Assembly: GCA_030826765.1 (NCBI GenBank)
Contig: JAUUDM010000029.1
Span: forward strand, 42,181-106,180
DNA from: Nautiliales bacterium
GTDB lineage: Bacteria; Campylobacterota; Campylobacteria; Campylobacterales; JAADDX01
Length of the DNA: 64,000 nucleotides
Reading direction: 5' to 3'
Shown here: piece after piece, positions 18,410 through 27,770 of the stretch
Layout of the letters: each line of letters starts with the position of its first letter
Position numbering within the stretch: the stretch's first letter is position 1
Notes under the pieces: generated by a model
Told to the model about the DNA's origin: nothing
The model's input: the letters and a program-made list of their open reading frames with translations, nothing else
Databases searched by the model: none
Made by a program: the position numbers and the translations under genes

Positions 18410-20440
18410 ATGATAAAAAAGGATATTAAAATTCATTTTCTTATAAAATTCTTAAAAAGCCTAAATAGTGCAGAATCTTCAAAAGCACTAAGTCTAGCAT
18501 TAGCGTCAGGAGTTATTAGTGGTTTTTTACCATCTTTCAATATAATAAATATAATAATATTATTAGTTGTTTTTAGTTTTAGAATCCCCATAGGTCTATA
18601 TTTTGCAAGTAGTACAGTTTTTGCAATAGTTGGATATTTTTTAGACCCAATATTTCATTATACTGGACTTTATTTATTACAAAATCCAACTTTAAATTCT
18701 TTTTGGACTTCTTTATACAATACTCCATTTTTAAGATGGAGTGGATTTAACAACTCTATCATTTTAGGAAGTTTCGTATGGGGAATTGTTTTAGCACCAA
18801 TTTTTTATATAATCTTAAACAAACTAAGTAATAAATATAGAGAAAAAATATTCCCTATTTTGAAAAAAAGTAAATTAACAAGTTGGATTGTACCAGAAGA
18901 AATAAAAAAACAAGGAATATTTAGAATTTCTGGACTTATAGGATTTGCAGTAATTTTTGGTGGTATAGCCTTTTTAATAATTACATTTTTAGATCCACTT
19001 TTAAAAAATTCACTTCAATATTCACTTTCAAAAGTACTTAAAAAACCAGTAATGATAGAAAATTTAAATACTTCAATCTCAAAAGCTTCTTTAAATATTA
19101 CAGATATAAAAGTAGGAGACATCAAAACTGATAAAATATATCTAAATCTAAATTTGGACTATTTAGTATGGAAAAAATTTGATATTCAAAACTTAATAAT
19201 TAAAAATATTCATACAGATAAAACATTAGTTTCTCTAATCAATTCTAATTCTAACACTACTGAAAAAGATAACTCTAATAAATCACATAATTTTACACTT
19301 CCTTCTATTAAAGTTCCAAAAGCCGATAAAATACTTGCTAAACAACAGCTAAAAACTACAATAGCTATTAAAAAATTAAAAAAAGATTATCAAAAATCAA
19401 AACAATTAATTGATAAGATTAAAAATCTAAAAAATGATAATAAAGTTGCTAATTTAAAAACTGAAATTGAAGAAATTAAAACTCTTGCAAACAAAATAAA
19501 AACTCCTCAAGATGTTCAAAATATCTTAGCAAAAATAGATAAAATTAAAAAAGAGATAAATTCTATAAAAACAAATGTTCAAAAATATAAAAAAGAGTTA
19601 TCTCAAGATTTAAAAGCCATAAAAATTGCTTCAAAAGAAGATTATCAAAATTTATCAAGCAAATATGATATGTTAAAAAATGGAAAATATACAGAATTTA
19701 CTGAATCAATTTTAACTCCAAAACTTGCAAAATATTTAAAAACAGCTGATGAAATTTATACAAAAATAAAACCTTACTTACCTCAAAAAGAAAAAACAAA
19801 AGAAACAAAATATATAAGAGGAAAAGGTATGAATGTTAAATTTACAGATAAAATCAAATATCCTTCATTTGTAATTGAACATACTGATATATCGTTTAAA
19901 ACAAGTGATTCTAAATGGCAATTAATTGCTAAAAACATTACAAATAATCAAACTCTACTAAACAGACATACAACAGCTAAAATAACAGGAGTAAGTCCAT
20001 ATTTTACAAACTTACAAGCAAATTTAGATTATTATAAAATAGCTACTATTAATTCTACTGTTCTAAATTTAAAAACTGGAATAAAAATAATGCCTATTGT
20101 TAAAAAAGTTACATTAAATGGAACAATCAGTGGAACTTTACAAAAACCAATTATAAAACTAAAATCAAATTTAGATAAGATTTTAGCAAATTATCTAAAA
20201 ACAAGAATTAATAAAGAAATAAATAAACAAAAAGCAAAATTAAATTCTTTATTAAATAAAAAATTACAAAATGAGTTAAAAGATATCAATCTAAAAGATT
20301 TAGATTTAGCAAATATGGATCTAAATAACTATAATAAAACTTTAGATTCCTTCAAAAATAAATTAGAAAAATATAGGAAAAAAGAGTTAGAAAAGAAAAT
20401 TATGGGAAATGGATTAAATAAATTAAAATCTTTATTTTAA
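18410..20440 (+). CDS. Large Lys-rich membrane protein: N-terminal 4-TM module plus long coiled-coil/AsmA-like region (possible TIGR03546+TIGR03545 fusion)
   Basis: The N-terminal ~160 aa is hydrophobic (KFLKSLNS...ALSLALASGVISGFLP...), followed by one more TM. After that come about 480 aa of K/N/L-rich sequence ending in GTISGTLQKPIIKLKS, an AsmA/TamB-like GTL..P motif. Family assignment is from memory and tentative. Confidence 0.5.
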   Translation: MIKKDIKIHFLIKFLKSLNSAESSKALSLALASGVISGFLPSFNIINIIILLVVFSFRIPIGLYFASSTVFAIVGYFLDPIFHYTGLYLLQNPTLNSFWTSLYNTPFLRWSGFNNSIILGSFVWGIVLAPIFYIILNKLSNKYREKIFPILKKSKLTSWIVPEEIKKQGIFRISGLIGFAVIFGGIAFLIITFLDPLLKNSLQYSLSKVLKKPVMIENLNTSISKASLNITDIKVGDIKTDKIYLNLNLDYLVWKKFDIQNLIIKNIHTDKTLVSLINSNSNTTEKDNSNKSHNFTLPSIKVPKADKILAKQQLKTTIAIKKLKKDYQKSKQLIDKIKNLKNDNKVANLKTEIEEIKTLANKIKTPQDVQNILAKIDKIKKEINSIKTNVQKYKKELSQDLKAIKIASKEDYQNLSSKYDMLKNGKYTEFTESILTPKLAKYLKTADEIYTKIKPYLPQKEKTKETKYIRGKGMNVKFTDKIKYPSFVIEHTDISFKTSDSKWQLIAKNITNNQTLLNRHTTAKITGVSPYFTNLQANLDYYKIATINSTVLNLKTGIKIMPIVKKVTLNGTISGTLQKPIIKLKSNLDKILANYLKTRINKEINKQKAKLNSLLNKKLQNELKDINLKDLDLANMDLNNYNKTLDSFKNKLEKYRKKELEKKIMGNGLNKLKSLF

Positions 20441-20451
20441 AGAGATTTTAA

Positions 20452-20478
20452 AGAGTTTAGAAAGATTTTCTAAACTCT
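20452..20478. terminator. 12-bp perfect inverted repeat between convergent genes, overlapping the last codons of amt
   Basis: Arms AGAGTTTAGAAA and TTTCTAAACTCT are exact reverse complements separated by GAT. It lies 12 nt after the stop of the 18410..20440 gene. No strong T-tract is present. Confidence 0.4.
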
Positions 20479-21623
20479 GGATATGCTTCTATACCACATT
20501 CAACTGAATCAAGACCTTCAATTTCCTCTTCTTCATCTGCTCTAAATGGAGAAATTTTATTGATAATAAAAATAGTTATATAACTTAAAGAAAATGCTAA
20601 AATTCCTATAACCACAATTCCTTTTAATTGAGTCATAAATGAAGCAGTACCAAAAATAGCTACTGCTAATGTCCCCCAAATACCATTTATTAAATGAACA
20701 CTAAGTGCCCCTACAGGGTCATCAATTTTTAATTTATCAAAAAATGGAACTGCATAAAAAACTAAAGCCCCACCAATTAATCCTACAATAATAGGTGCAT
20801 AAATATTCATCACATCTGCCCCTGCAGTAATCGCTACAAGTCCACCTAAAGCACCATTTAAAATCATTGTAATATCAAATTTTTTATAATATATATAACT
20901 TAAAATCATCACAATAAGTCCACCTGCAAGTCCAGCAGTATTTGTATTCATAATAGTCAAAGCAACAACTTCTACATCTTTTTTTGTGGCAATACTTCCT
21001 ACACTTCCACCATTAAATCCAAACCATCCAATCCAAAGTAAAAAGCCACCTAAAACAACTAAAGGAATATTACTTGCAGGAATAACTCTAACTTTTCCAT
21101 TTTTATATCTTCCTTTTCTTGGTCCAATAACTAAAATAGCTGCCAAAAGCGCCCAACCACCAGTTGAGTGAATAACAGTTGAACCTGCTAAATCTTTTAA
21201 ATTTGAAATATCAAACATTGTACCACTTAAAAAATTACTTCCCCAAGTTAAATTTACTGCTATTGGATAAATAACTCCAGCCATAGCTACTGTAAAAAAT
21301 ATAAGTGGAATAATTCTCGTTCTTTCACTAACACCTCCACTCATAATATTTACTGTTTTACCAACGAATGCCATTTGAAATAAAAACAGTGCCCAAGCAG
21401 ACATACTTTCACTCCCAAAAGCACCAAAAGCTATATGATAACCAACCAATAAAAACATCATACTTGCCACTAAATAAATCATTGTATTTGTAGTCAAAAC
21501 TGCAGTTACATTTTTTGTCCTTACAAGCCCTGCTTCAAGCATTGCAAAACCTGGCACCATTAAAATAATTAATACAAATGCAAAAAGTGTAAAAAATGTA
21601 TTTAAAATATATGCTATATCCAT
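20457..21623 (-). CDS. amt: Ammonium transporter (Amt family), copy 1, no signal peptide
   Basis: 388 aa, about 11 TM. Amt signatures are present: FNGGS, GGLVAITAGADV, DDPVGALSVHLINGIWG. Confidence 0.9.
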   Translation of the reverse strand: MDIAYILNTFFTLFAFVLIILMVPGFAMLEAGLVRTKNVTAVLTTNTMIYLVASMMFLLVGYHIAFGAFGSESMSAWALFLFQMAFVGKTVNIMSGGVSERTRIIPLIFFTVAMAGVIYPIAVNLTWGSNFLSGTMFDISNLKDLAGSTVIHSTGGWALLAAILVIGPRKGRYKNGKVRVIPASNIPLVVLGGFLLWIGWFGFNGGSVGSIATKKDVEVVALTIMNTNTAGLAGGLIVMILSYIYYKKFDITMILNGALGGLVAITAGADVMNIYAPIIVGLIGGALVFYAVPFFDKLKIDDPVGALSVHLINGIWGTLAVAIFGTASFMTQLKGIVVIGILAFSLSYITIFIINKISPFRADEEEEIEGLDSVECGIEAYPEFRKSF

Positions 21624-21689
21624 AAATTCTCCTTAAACAAAAATTTTTTCTATTATAATATAATAATAAAATTTTTACATATATAAAAT

Positions 21690-21706
21690 TGCTTAAATTT
21701 TAAGCA
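21690..21706. promoter_or_regulatory. 17-bp perfect palindrome TGCTTAAA-T-TTTAAGCA between divergent amt and PII promoters (candidate nitrogen-regulator operator)
   Basis: Arms were verified as reverse complements. It lies 32 nt from the minus-strand TATAAT (21657..21652) and 31 nt from the plus-strand TGaTAAAAT (21735..21743). The same dyad occurs at 39011..39027 and a variant at 49138..49154. Confidence 0.6.
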
Positions 21707-21751
21707 GTTAAAAATTTTGATAAACTAAAAATTATGATAAAATTACAATAA

Positions 21752-22102
<351 letters not shown>

Positions 22103-22181
22103 TCAATTATCTATTCAACTTCCTTTTATTTAATAAATTTTTCTTACTTCTTATTTATTATTTAAACAAAAAATTATAAAC

Positions 22182-22218
22182 AGTTTTAGGGTTTATATAA
22201 CCCCTAAAAACTTTTATT
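22182..22218. terminator. Bidirectional rho-independent terminator between PII gene (+) and gltX (-)
   Basis: The stem TTTTAGGG/CCCTAAAA (8 bp, extendable with a 1-nt bulge) is followed by TTTTATTTATT on the plus strand. An A-rich tract precedes it, which gives a T-tract on the minus strand. Confidence 0.6.
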
Positions 22219-22220
22219 TA

Positions 22221-23597
22221 TTATTCACTTAAAAATTTCTCAACTCTTTTAATAACTTCATCTTTTCCAAGAATTGCAAGTAAATTAGATAAATCTATTC
22301 CTTTAGTATCACCATTCATACAGATTCTAAGTGGTGGCATAATATCTTTTGGCTTAAGGTTATTTTGTGGAATAAACTCTTCCATCAAAATATCATGCCA
22401 TTCTATTGGTAAATGTAATTCTCTATCTTTTATAAATTCTACAAATTTAGCTAAATTTTCTTTAACGCCATCTTTTATAAATTTTTTCACGGCTTTTGGA
22501 TTATATTCACTTGGCACAGTCATAATATTTTGAATAATTTCAGCCATCTCTTTTAGAGTTTTAGCTCTATCTTTTACATCATCTAATAAAATTTCCAATT
22601 TATCGTGATTTTCAACATCAACATCAAAATCTTCTTTTAAAAGTCTTGCAACTTCTTTGTTTGGTTTGTTTTTGATGTAATGTTGATTTAACCATAAAAG
22701 TTTCTCTAAATTATAGCTACTTGCTGATTTATTTATATCTTTTGGATCGAATAATTTTATCATTTCATCCATACTAAAAATCTCTTGATCTCCATAACTC
22801 CATCCAAGTCTAACTAAGAAATTAAGCAGTGCTTCAGGTAAAAATCCTTCTCTTTTATAATCCATTACATCCACAGCACCATCTCTTTTAGACAATTTTT
22901 TGCCTTTTTCATTATTTATCATAGGCACGTGATAAAATTTAGGAACATCCCAACCAAATGCTTCATAAATCAAGATTTGCTTGAAAGTATTGTTTAAGTG
23001 GTCATCACCTCTAATAATCTCTGTCATTTTCATTTCATGGTCATCAATAACTACAACAAAGTTATAAGTAGGAACTCCATTACTTCTTGCAATAACAAAA
23101 TCATCACTTGGTTTTATATCAACAGTAACTTTTCCTTTTACACCGTCATCAAGTGTTACACTTCCACATAATGGTGCTTTAAATCTAATTACATAATCTT
23201 TGTCAAGTTCACCTTTGAAATCTCTATATTTTCTGATGTCAAATGGAGCCTCTTTACCTGATTGAACAGCTTCTCTATACTCTTTTAACTCTTCTGGAGT
23301 TAAATAACATTTATATGCCAAATCTTTTTCAAGTAAAATATTCACATATTCTTTGTAAACATCAAATCTTTCAGATTGATATACAACCTCATCATCCCAA
23401 TTCATTCCAACCCATTTAAAAGCTTCTAAAATTGCTTGTGTAGCTTCTTCTTTATTTCTTGCTAAATCTGTATCTTCTATTCTAAGTCTAAATTTTCCAC
23501 CGTTTTTTCTTGCCCATAAATAGTTGAAAAGTGCTGTTCGAAGCCCTCCAATATGTAAATATCCTGTTGGAGATGGTGCAAATCTTGTAATTGTCAT
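22221..23597 (-). CDS. gltX: Glutamyl-tRNA synthetase
   Basis: HIGH motif (PTGYLHIGGLRTAL) and KMSKS variant (KLSKR). Length is 458 aa. Confidence 0.9.
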   Translation of the reverse strand: MTITRFAPSPTGYLHIGGLRTALFNYLWARKNGGKFRLRIEDTDLARNKEEATQAILEAFKWVGMNWDDEVVYQSERFDVYKEYVNILLEKDLAYKCYLTPEELKEYREAVQSGKEAPFDIRKYRDFKGELDKDYVIRFKAPLCGSVTLDDGVKGKVTVDIKPSDDFVIARSNGVPTYNFVVVIDDHEMKMTEIIRGDDHLNNTFKQILIYEAFGWDVPKFYHVPMINNEKGKKLSKRDGAVDVMDYKREGFLPEALLNFLVRLGWSYGDQEIFSMDEMIKLFDPKDINKSASSYNLEKLLWLNQHYIKNKPNKEVARLLKEDFDVDVENHDKLEILLDDVKDRAKTLKEMAEIIQNIMTVPSEYNPKAVKKFIKDGVKENLAKFVEFIKDRELHLPIEWHDILMEEFIPQNNLKPKDIMPPLRICMNGDTKGIDLSNLLAILGKDEVIKRVEKFLSE

Positions 23598-23659
23598 TGT
23601 TATCCTTTATAAAATCAAACTTTTTTGATATTATACTATAAAAAATTCAAAGGATAAAA

Positions 23660-24466
23660 ATGAAAATAGTTTTGACACTTTTATTACTCTTTTTCTCATT
23701 ACAGGCAAAAGTTATTGATAAAATTGCAATAGTTGTAAATGATATTCCAATCACAACATATGATATAGAGAAAATGACTAAACAGACAAAAGATAAAAAT
23801 ATTGCTATTGAAACACTTATAAATAAAGCCCTTATAAAATCAGCAATCAAAGAAAAAGGTATCTATGTAGATGACTTTGACGTAGAAAACAAAATGGAAG
23901 AAATAGCTAAAAGAAATCATATGAGTCTGTTTGATTTTAAAACTATGTTAATTAAAAAAGGGGAACTTGATAGTTTAAAAGAGCAAATAAAAAAACAATT
24001 AGAAATAAATAAACTTATAAGTTACTATAATAAAAGAGTTACAAGAGATGATATTCAAAACTATTATGATTCTCATAAAAATGAATTTATAGTAGCACAA
24101 AAAATAGATGCAACAGTTTATTCATCAAATAATCCAAATATTCTAAAACAAGTAAAAGAAAATCCACTTTTAAATTCATCAAATGTAGAAATGAAAGATA
24201 TGAGCTTTGATTACAATCAAACAAATCCAAAACTTATGCTGTTTTTAAGTAAAGTTAAAACAAACTCTTTCTCTAAAATTGCTCCTATTGCTCCAAATAA
24301 GTTTTCACTATTTTATGTAACAAAAAAAGAAGGAAATATAACACTACCTTTTAATGCAGCAGCTTCTATTATTTATGAAAAACTTTCAAATAAGCAAAAT
24401 CAAAAAGCTATTCAAGATTTAATATCTAAACTAAAAGCAAAAGCAGATATTCAGTTTTTAAACTGA
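23660..24466 (+). CDS. SurA-like periplasmic chaperone (SurA N-terminal domain type, no obvious PPIase core)
   Basis: Signal peptide MKIVLTLLLLFFSLQA followed by IDKIAIVVNDIPITTYDIE, typical of SurA N-terminal domains. Length is 268 aa. Confidence 0.6.
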   Translation: MKIVLTLLLLFFSLQAKVIDKIAIVVNDIPITTYDIEKMTKQTKDKNIAIETLINKALIKSAIKEKGIYVDDFDVENKMEEIAKRNHMSLFDFKTMLIKKGELDSLKEQIKKQLEINKLISYYNKRVTRDDIQNYYDSHKNEFIVAQKIDATVYSSNNPNILKQVKENPLLNSSNVEMKDMSFDYNQTNPKLMLFLSKVKTNSFSKIAPIAPNKFSLFYVTKKEGNITLPFNAAASIIYEKLSNKQNQKAIQDLISKLKAKADIQFLN

Positions 24467-24473
24467 TTATCTT

Positions 24474-25178
24474 TTATCCTAACAAATTTTTCATCTGCTG
24501 TGCTAATAACTCTGTATTATGAACAGCTGCAAAAGTAGATGCATTTAATTGTAAATTATCTTTTTTAATATTATTTATATTATTTGCCATATCTGGTTCA
24601 AACTGAGCTTTTGAACTAGCTTCATTTACAAATTTAGAAGTTAATTCATTTGCCTTTTCAGTTGCACCTATTGTAAATGATGCAATATCACTTCTTGTAT
24701 TATGTATAAATTTTTGAAAATCAGCTATAGACTTCGAATCATTTATATCTAAACTATCACTTTTTATTTCTAAACTCACATCTTCATCACCCAATCTAAA
24801 AGAATTATTAAATACATTAAGTCCATTATAAGTAGTATTTGATATAGTTTCAGAAATACTTTTTTTAATTTGTTGCATTTGCTCTCTTAACATACCTTTT
24901 TGATCATCGTTTAAAGCATCATTATGAGTAGCAACATCAAGTTTATTTAAAACATCTGTTTGCTTAGAAATACCATTTAAAACCCCATCAGCAATTTGCA
25001 TATATCCGATAGCATCATTATAATTCATCAGCTCAGCTTTTGTAGAATTCATATCACTACTCATAGAATCGTGTAAAATTTTATCAGCAGAATCTGTATT
25101 ATTTACTCTATTAGGCTCTGTTATTTGCACAAGATTCAATTGTAAGTTATTGAGTATATTATTTGTATTGATTTGCAT
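24474..25178 (-). CDS. flaC: FlaC-like truncated flagellin (flagellin N/C helices only, no central domain)
   Basis: 234 aa. It has a flagellin-like N-terminus (MQINTNN). The internal segments NDALNDDQKGMLREQ and TTYNGLNVF closely parallel C. jejuni FlaC (NAALNDSQKGMLRTE, ATYNGKNVF, recalled from memory). The C-terminal helix ends ...QQMKNLLG. Confidence 0.6.
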   Translation of the reverse strand: MQINTNNILNNLQLNLVQITEPNRVNNTDSADKILHDSMSSDMNSTKAELMNYNDAIGYMQIADGVLNGISKQTDVLNKLDVATHNDALNDDQKGMLREQMQQIKKSISETISNTTYNGLNVFNNSFRLGDEDVSLEIKSDSLDINDSKSIADFQKFIHNTRSDIASFTIGATEKANELTSKFVNEASSKAQFEPDMANNINNIKKDNLQLNASTFAAVHNTELLAQQMKNLLG

Positions 25179-25254
25179 AATTTCCTCCTTTTTGGCTTTA
25201 TATATTTATATTATACCACTAAAAGGAGAAAAAAAAGAAGTTTTTTAGAAAAAA

Positions 25255-26586
25255 TTATCTTTCTAAATATTTAGTATCAAAATTATTAGTTATAAAGTCA
25301 ACATTATCCATCATTTTAGAATGAAAATCAATAGTTGATTTAATACCTTCAATTTTAAATTCTCGTAAAGCTTCTTTCATTTTAGCAATAGCTCTTTCTC
25401 TATCTTTATCCCAAACAATTAGTTTTGCAATTAAACTATCATAATATTTTGGCATTTCATAACCACAATAAATATGAGTATCAAGTCTTACATTTCTTCC
25501 ACCTGGTGTGATTAAATGAGTAATTTTACCTGGAGTTGGATAAAATTTAACAGGGTCTTCTGCTGTAATTCTACACTCAATTGCGTGACCTTTAAGTTCA
25601 AATTCATCTTGACTTGGAAGTTTTTCACCTTCTTCAATTCTTATCATCCACTCAATTAAATCAAGTCCACTTACCATTTCACTTACAGTATGTTCTACTT
25701 GAAGTCTTGTATTCATTTCCATAAAATAGAAGTTTTTATCTGCATCTACTAAAAATTCAAATGTTCCAGCACTTTGATAACCAATATATTTTGCTGCTTT
25801 TACTGCACTTTCGTGAAGTCTAGCTCTTACCTCATCATCAAGTAAAATTGCAGGAGATTCTTCTATTAGTTTTTGATGTCTTCTTTGAAGGGAACAGTCT
25901 CTCTCACCTATGTGAATAACATTCCCGTGTTTATCTGCTAAAATTTGCACTTCAATATGTCTTGGATTTTTGATATATTTTTCAATATACATTGTTCCAT
26001 CACCAAAAGCACTCTGGGCTTCTGTGCTTGCGGCAATATAAGCATTCTCTATTTCATCTTCACTTTCAACAACTCTCATTCCTCTTCCACCACCACCACT
26101 TGCAGCTTTTAGAATTACTGGAAATCCAATCTCTTTGGCTATTTTTTTTGCTTCATCAGCATCTTTTAAAGCTCCATCATTTCCAGGAACTACTGGAACA
26201 CCTGCTTTTTTCATCACTTCTTTTGCAGTCGATTTATCAGCCATTAGTTTCATATTATCTAAACTTGGACCTATGAATCTAATATTGTGAGCTTCACAAA
26301 TTTCTACGAAATCTTGATTTTCACTCAAAAATCCATATCCAGGGAAAATTGCATCAGCATCTGCTAATTCTGCAGCTGAGATAATAGCTGGAATATTTAA
26401 ATAACTTGTAGTTGAAACATCTTTTCCTACACAAATAGAAGCATCAGCAAATTTTAAATAACTTGCCTCTTTATCAGCTTTTGCATATACACAAATAGCT
26501 TCTTTACCAATCTCTTTAATAGTTCTCAAAGCTCTTAATGCAATTTCCCCTCTATTTGCAATAAGAATTTTTTTGATTTTACTCAT
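25255..26586 (-). CDS. accC: Acetyl-CoA carboxylase, biotin carboxylase subunit
   Basis: ATP-grasp motifs (GGGGRGMRVV, EMNTRLQVEH). Length is 443 aa, directly downstream of accB. Confidence 0.92.
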   Translation of the reverse strand: MSKIKKILIANRGEIALRALRTIKEIGKEAICVYAKADKEASYLKFADASICVGKDVSTTSYLNIPAIISAAELADADAIFPGYGFLSENQDFVEICEAHNIRFIGPSLDNMKLMADKSTAKEVMKKAGVPVVPGNDGALKDADEAKKIAKEIGFPVILKAASGGGGRGMRVVESEDEIENAYIAASTEAQSAFGDGTMYIEKYIKNPRHIEVQILADKHGNVIHIGERDCSLQRRHQKLIEESPAILLDDEVRARLHESAVKAAKYIGYQSAGTFEFLVDADKNFYFMEMNTRLQVEHTVSEMVSGLDLIEWMIRIEEGEKLPSQDEFELKGHAIECRITAEDPVKFYPTPGKITHLITPGGRNVRLDTHIYCGYEMPKYYDSLIAKLIVWDKDRERAIAKMKEALREFKIEGIKSTIDFHSKMMDNVDFITNNFDTKYLER

Positions 26587-26587
26587 A

Positions 26588-27049
26588 TTAAACTCTTTTT
26601 ACTTTAAATAATGGAGTATCAAATTCAACTGCTTGACCATCTTCTACTAATTTTTCAACTATTTCACAATCAAATTCAGCTTGAATTTCATTCATAATTT
26701 TCATAGCTTCTACGATACATACAGTTTGACCAGCTTTTACTTTATCCCCTACTTTTACATAAGCATCACTTGTCGGAGATGGAGCTTCATAAAATGTTCC
26801 TACCATTGGTGAAGTAATATAATCAGCATTATCATCATTTTGAGCTGAAGCTGAAATCGAAGTTTGTGGTACTACAGGAGTAGATACTGGAGCTTGAACT
26901 GTTTGAGCTACTGGTGTAGAAGCTACTACTGGAGCTGCTGTTATATTTTTATCAAGTTCTATTTTAAATTCACCCTCTTTTATACTTAATTTTGATAATT
27001 TACTTTCATCAAAAACTTCTATTAATTCTTTAATCTCTTTAAAAGTCAT
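26588..27049 (-). CDS. accB: Biotin carboxyl carrier protein
   Basis: Biotinyl-lysine motif VEAMKIMNEI and a Pro/Ala/Val-rich linker. Length is 153 aa. Confidence 0.9.
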   Translation of the reverse strand: MTFKEIKELIEVFDESKLSKLSIKEGEFKIELDKNITAAPVVASTPVAQTVQAPVSTPVVPQTSISASAQNDDNADYITSPMVGTFYEAPSPTSDAYVKVGDKVKAGQTVCIVEAMKIMNEIQAEFDCEIVEKLVEDGQAVEFDTPLFKVKRV

Positions 27050-27101
27050 ATTTTCTCCTTGGATTTACCATAAATTTTAATTTTATAATTTTAACATAAA
27101 T

Positions 27102-27110
27102 TGATATAAT
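27102..27110 (+). promoter_or_regulatory. Extended -10 element TGaTATAAT upstream of dcd
   Basis: Exact TGnTATAAT lies 32 nt before the ATG at 27142. Confidence 0.45.
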
Positions 27111-27141
27111 TTTACAAAAACTTTATAAAAGGATTAAAATA

Positions 27142-27702
27142 ATGGGTATAAAATCAGATAAATGGATAAGAACTATGTCAAAAGAGTTTGATATGATAAA
27201 TCCATTTCACGAAAAACAAGTAAGAGAAGGAATAGTGAGTTATGGTGTTAGCTCTTATGGATATGATATTAGAGTAAGTGATGAATTTATGATTTTTACA
27301 AATGTAAATACTACAATTGTTGACCCAAAAAATTTTGATAAAAAAAATGTAGTAGAAGTAAAAGGAGATTGTATAATTCCACCTAATAGTTTTGCGTTGT
27401 GTAGAAGTGTAGAATATTTCAAAATGCCAAGAGATGTTTTAGCTATTTGTGTTGGTAAATCAACTTATGCAAGATGTGGAATTATTGTAAATGTTACTCC
27501 AATTGAACCTGAATGGGAAGGTCATATTACTATTGAAATTTCAAATACAACTCCACTTCCAGCCAAAATTTATGCAAATGAAGGAATAGCACAACTTTTA
27601 TTTTTAGGTGCTGATACAATTTGTGAAACAAGTTATGGAGATAAAGGTGGAAAATATCTAAAACAAAAAGGTATTACACTTCCAAGAATTGATAAAAAAT
27701 AA
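27142..27702 (+). CDS. dcd: dCTP deaminase
   Basis: 186 aa with the typical Dcd sequence (SYGYDIRVS..., [10 protein letters not shown]..., GHITIEISN). Confidence 0.88.
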   Translation: MGIKSDKWIRTMSKEFDMINPFHEKQVREGIVSYGVSSYGYDIRVSDEFMIFTNVNTTIVDPKNFDKKNVVEVKGDCIIPPNSFALCRSVEYFKMPRDVLAICVGKSTYARCGIIVNVTPIEPEWEGHITIEISNTTPLPAKIYANEGIAQLLFLGADTICETSYGDKGGKYLKQKGITLPRIDKK

Positions 27703-27770
27703 AACGATATATTTGTAATCAAATTGTTATTTAAAGTAAGTAAAATAACCTAAAATAAAAGGTTCATTTT

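Noticed and set aside
19250-20400. Lys/Asn-rich repetitive coding sequence
   Set aside because: It is part of the continuous 676-aa ORF (coiled-coil region). It is not an independent repeat element.
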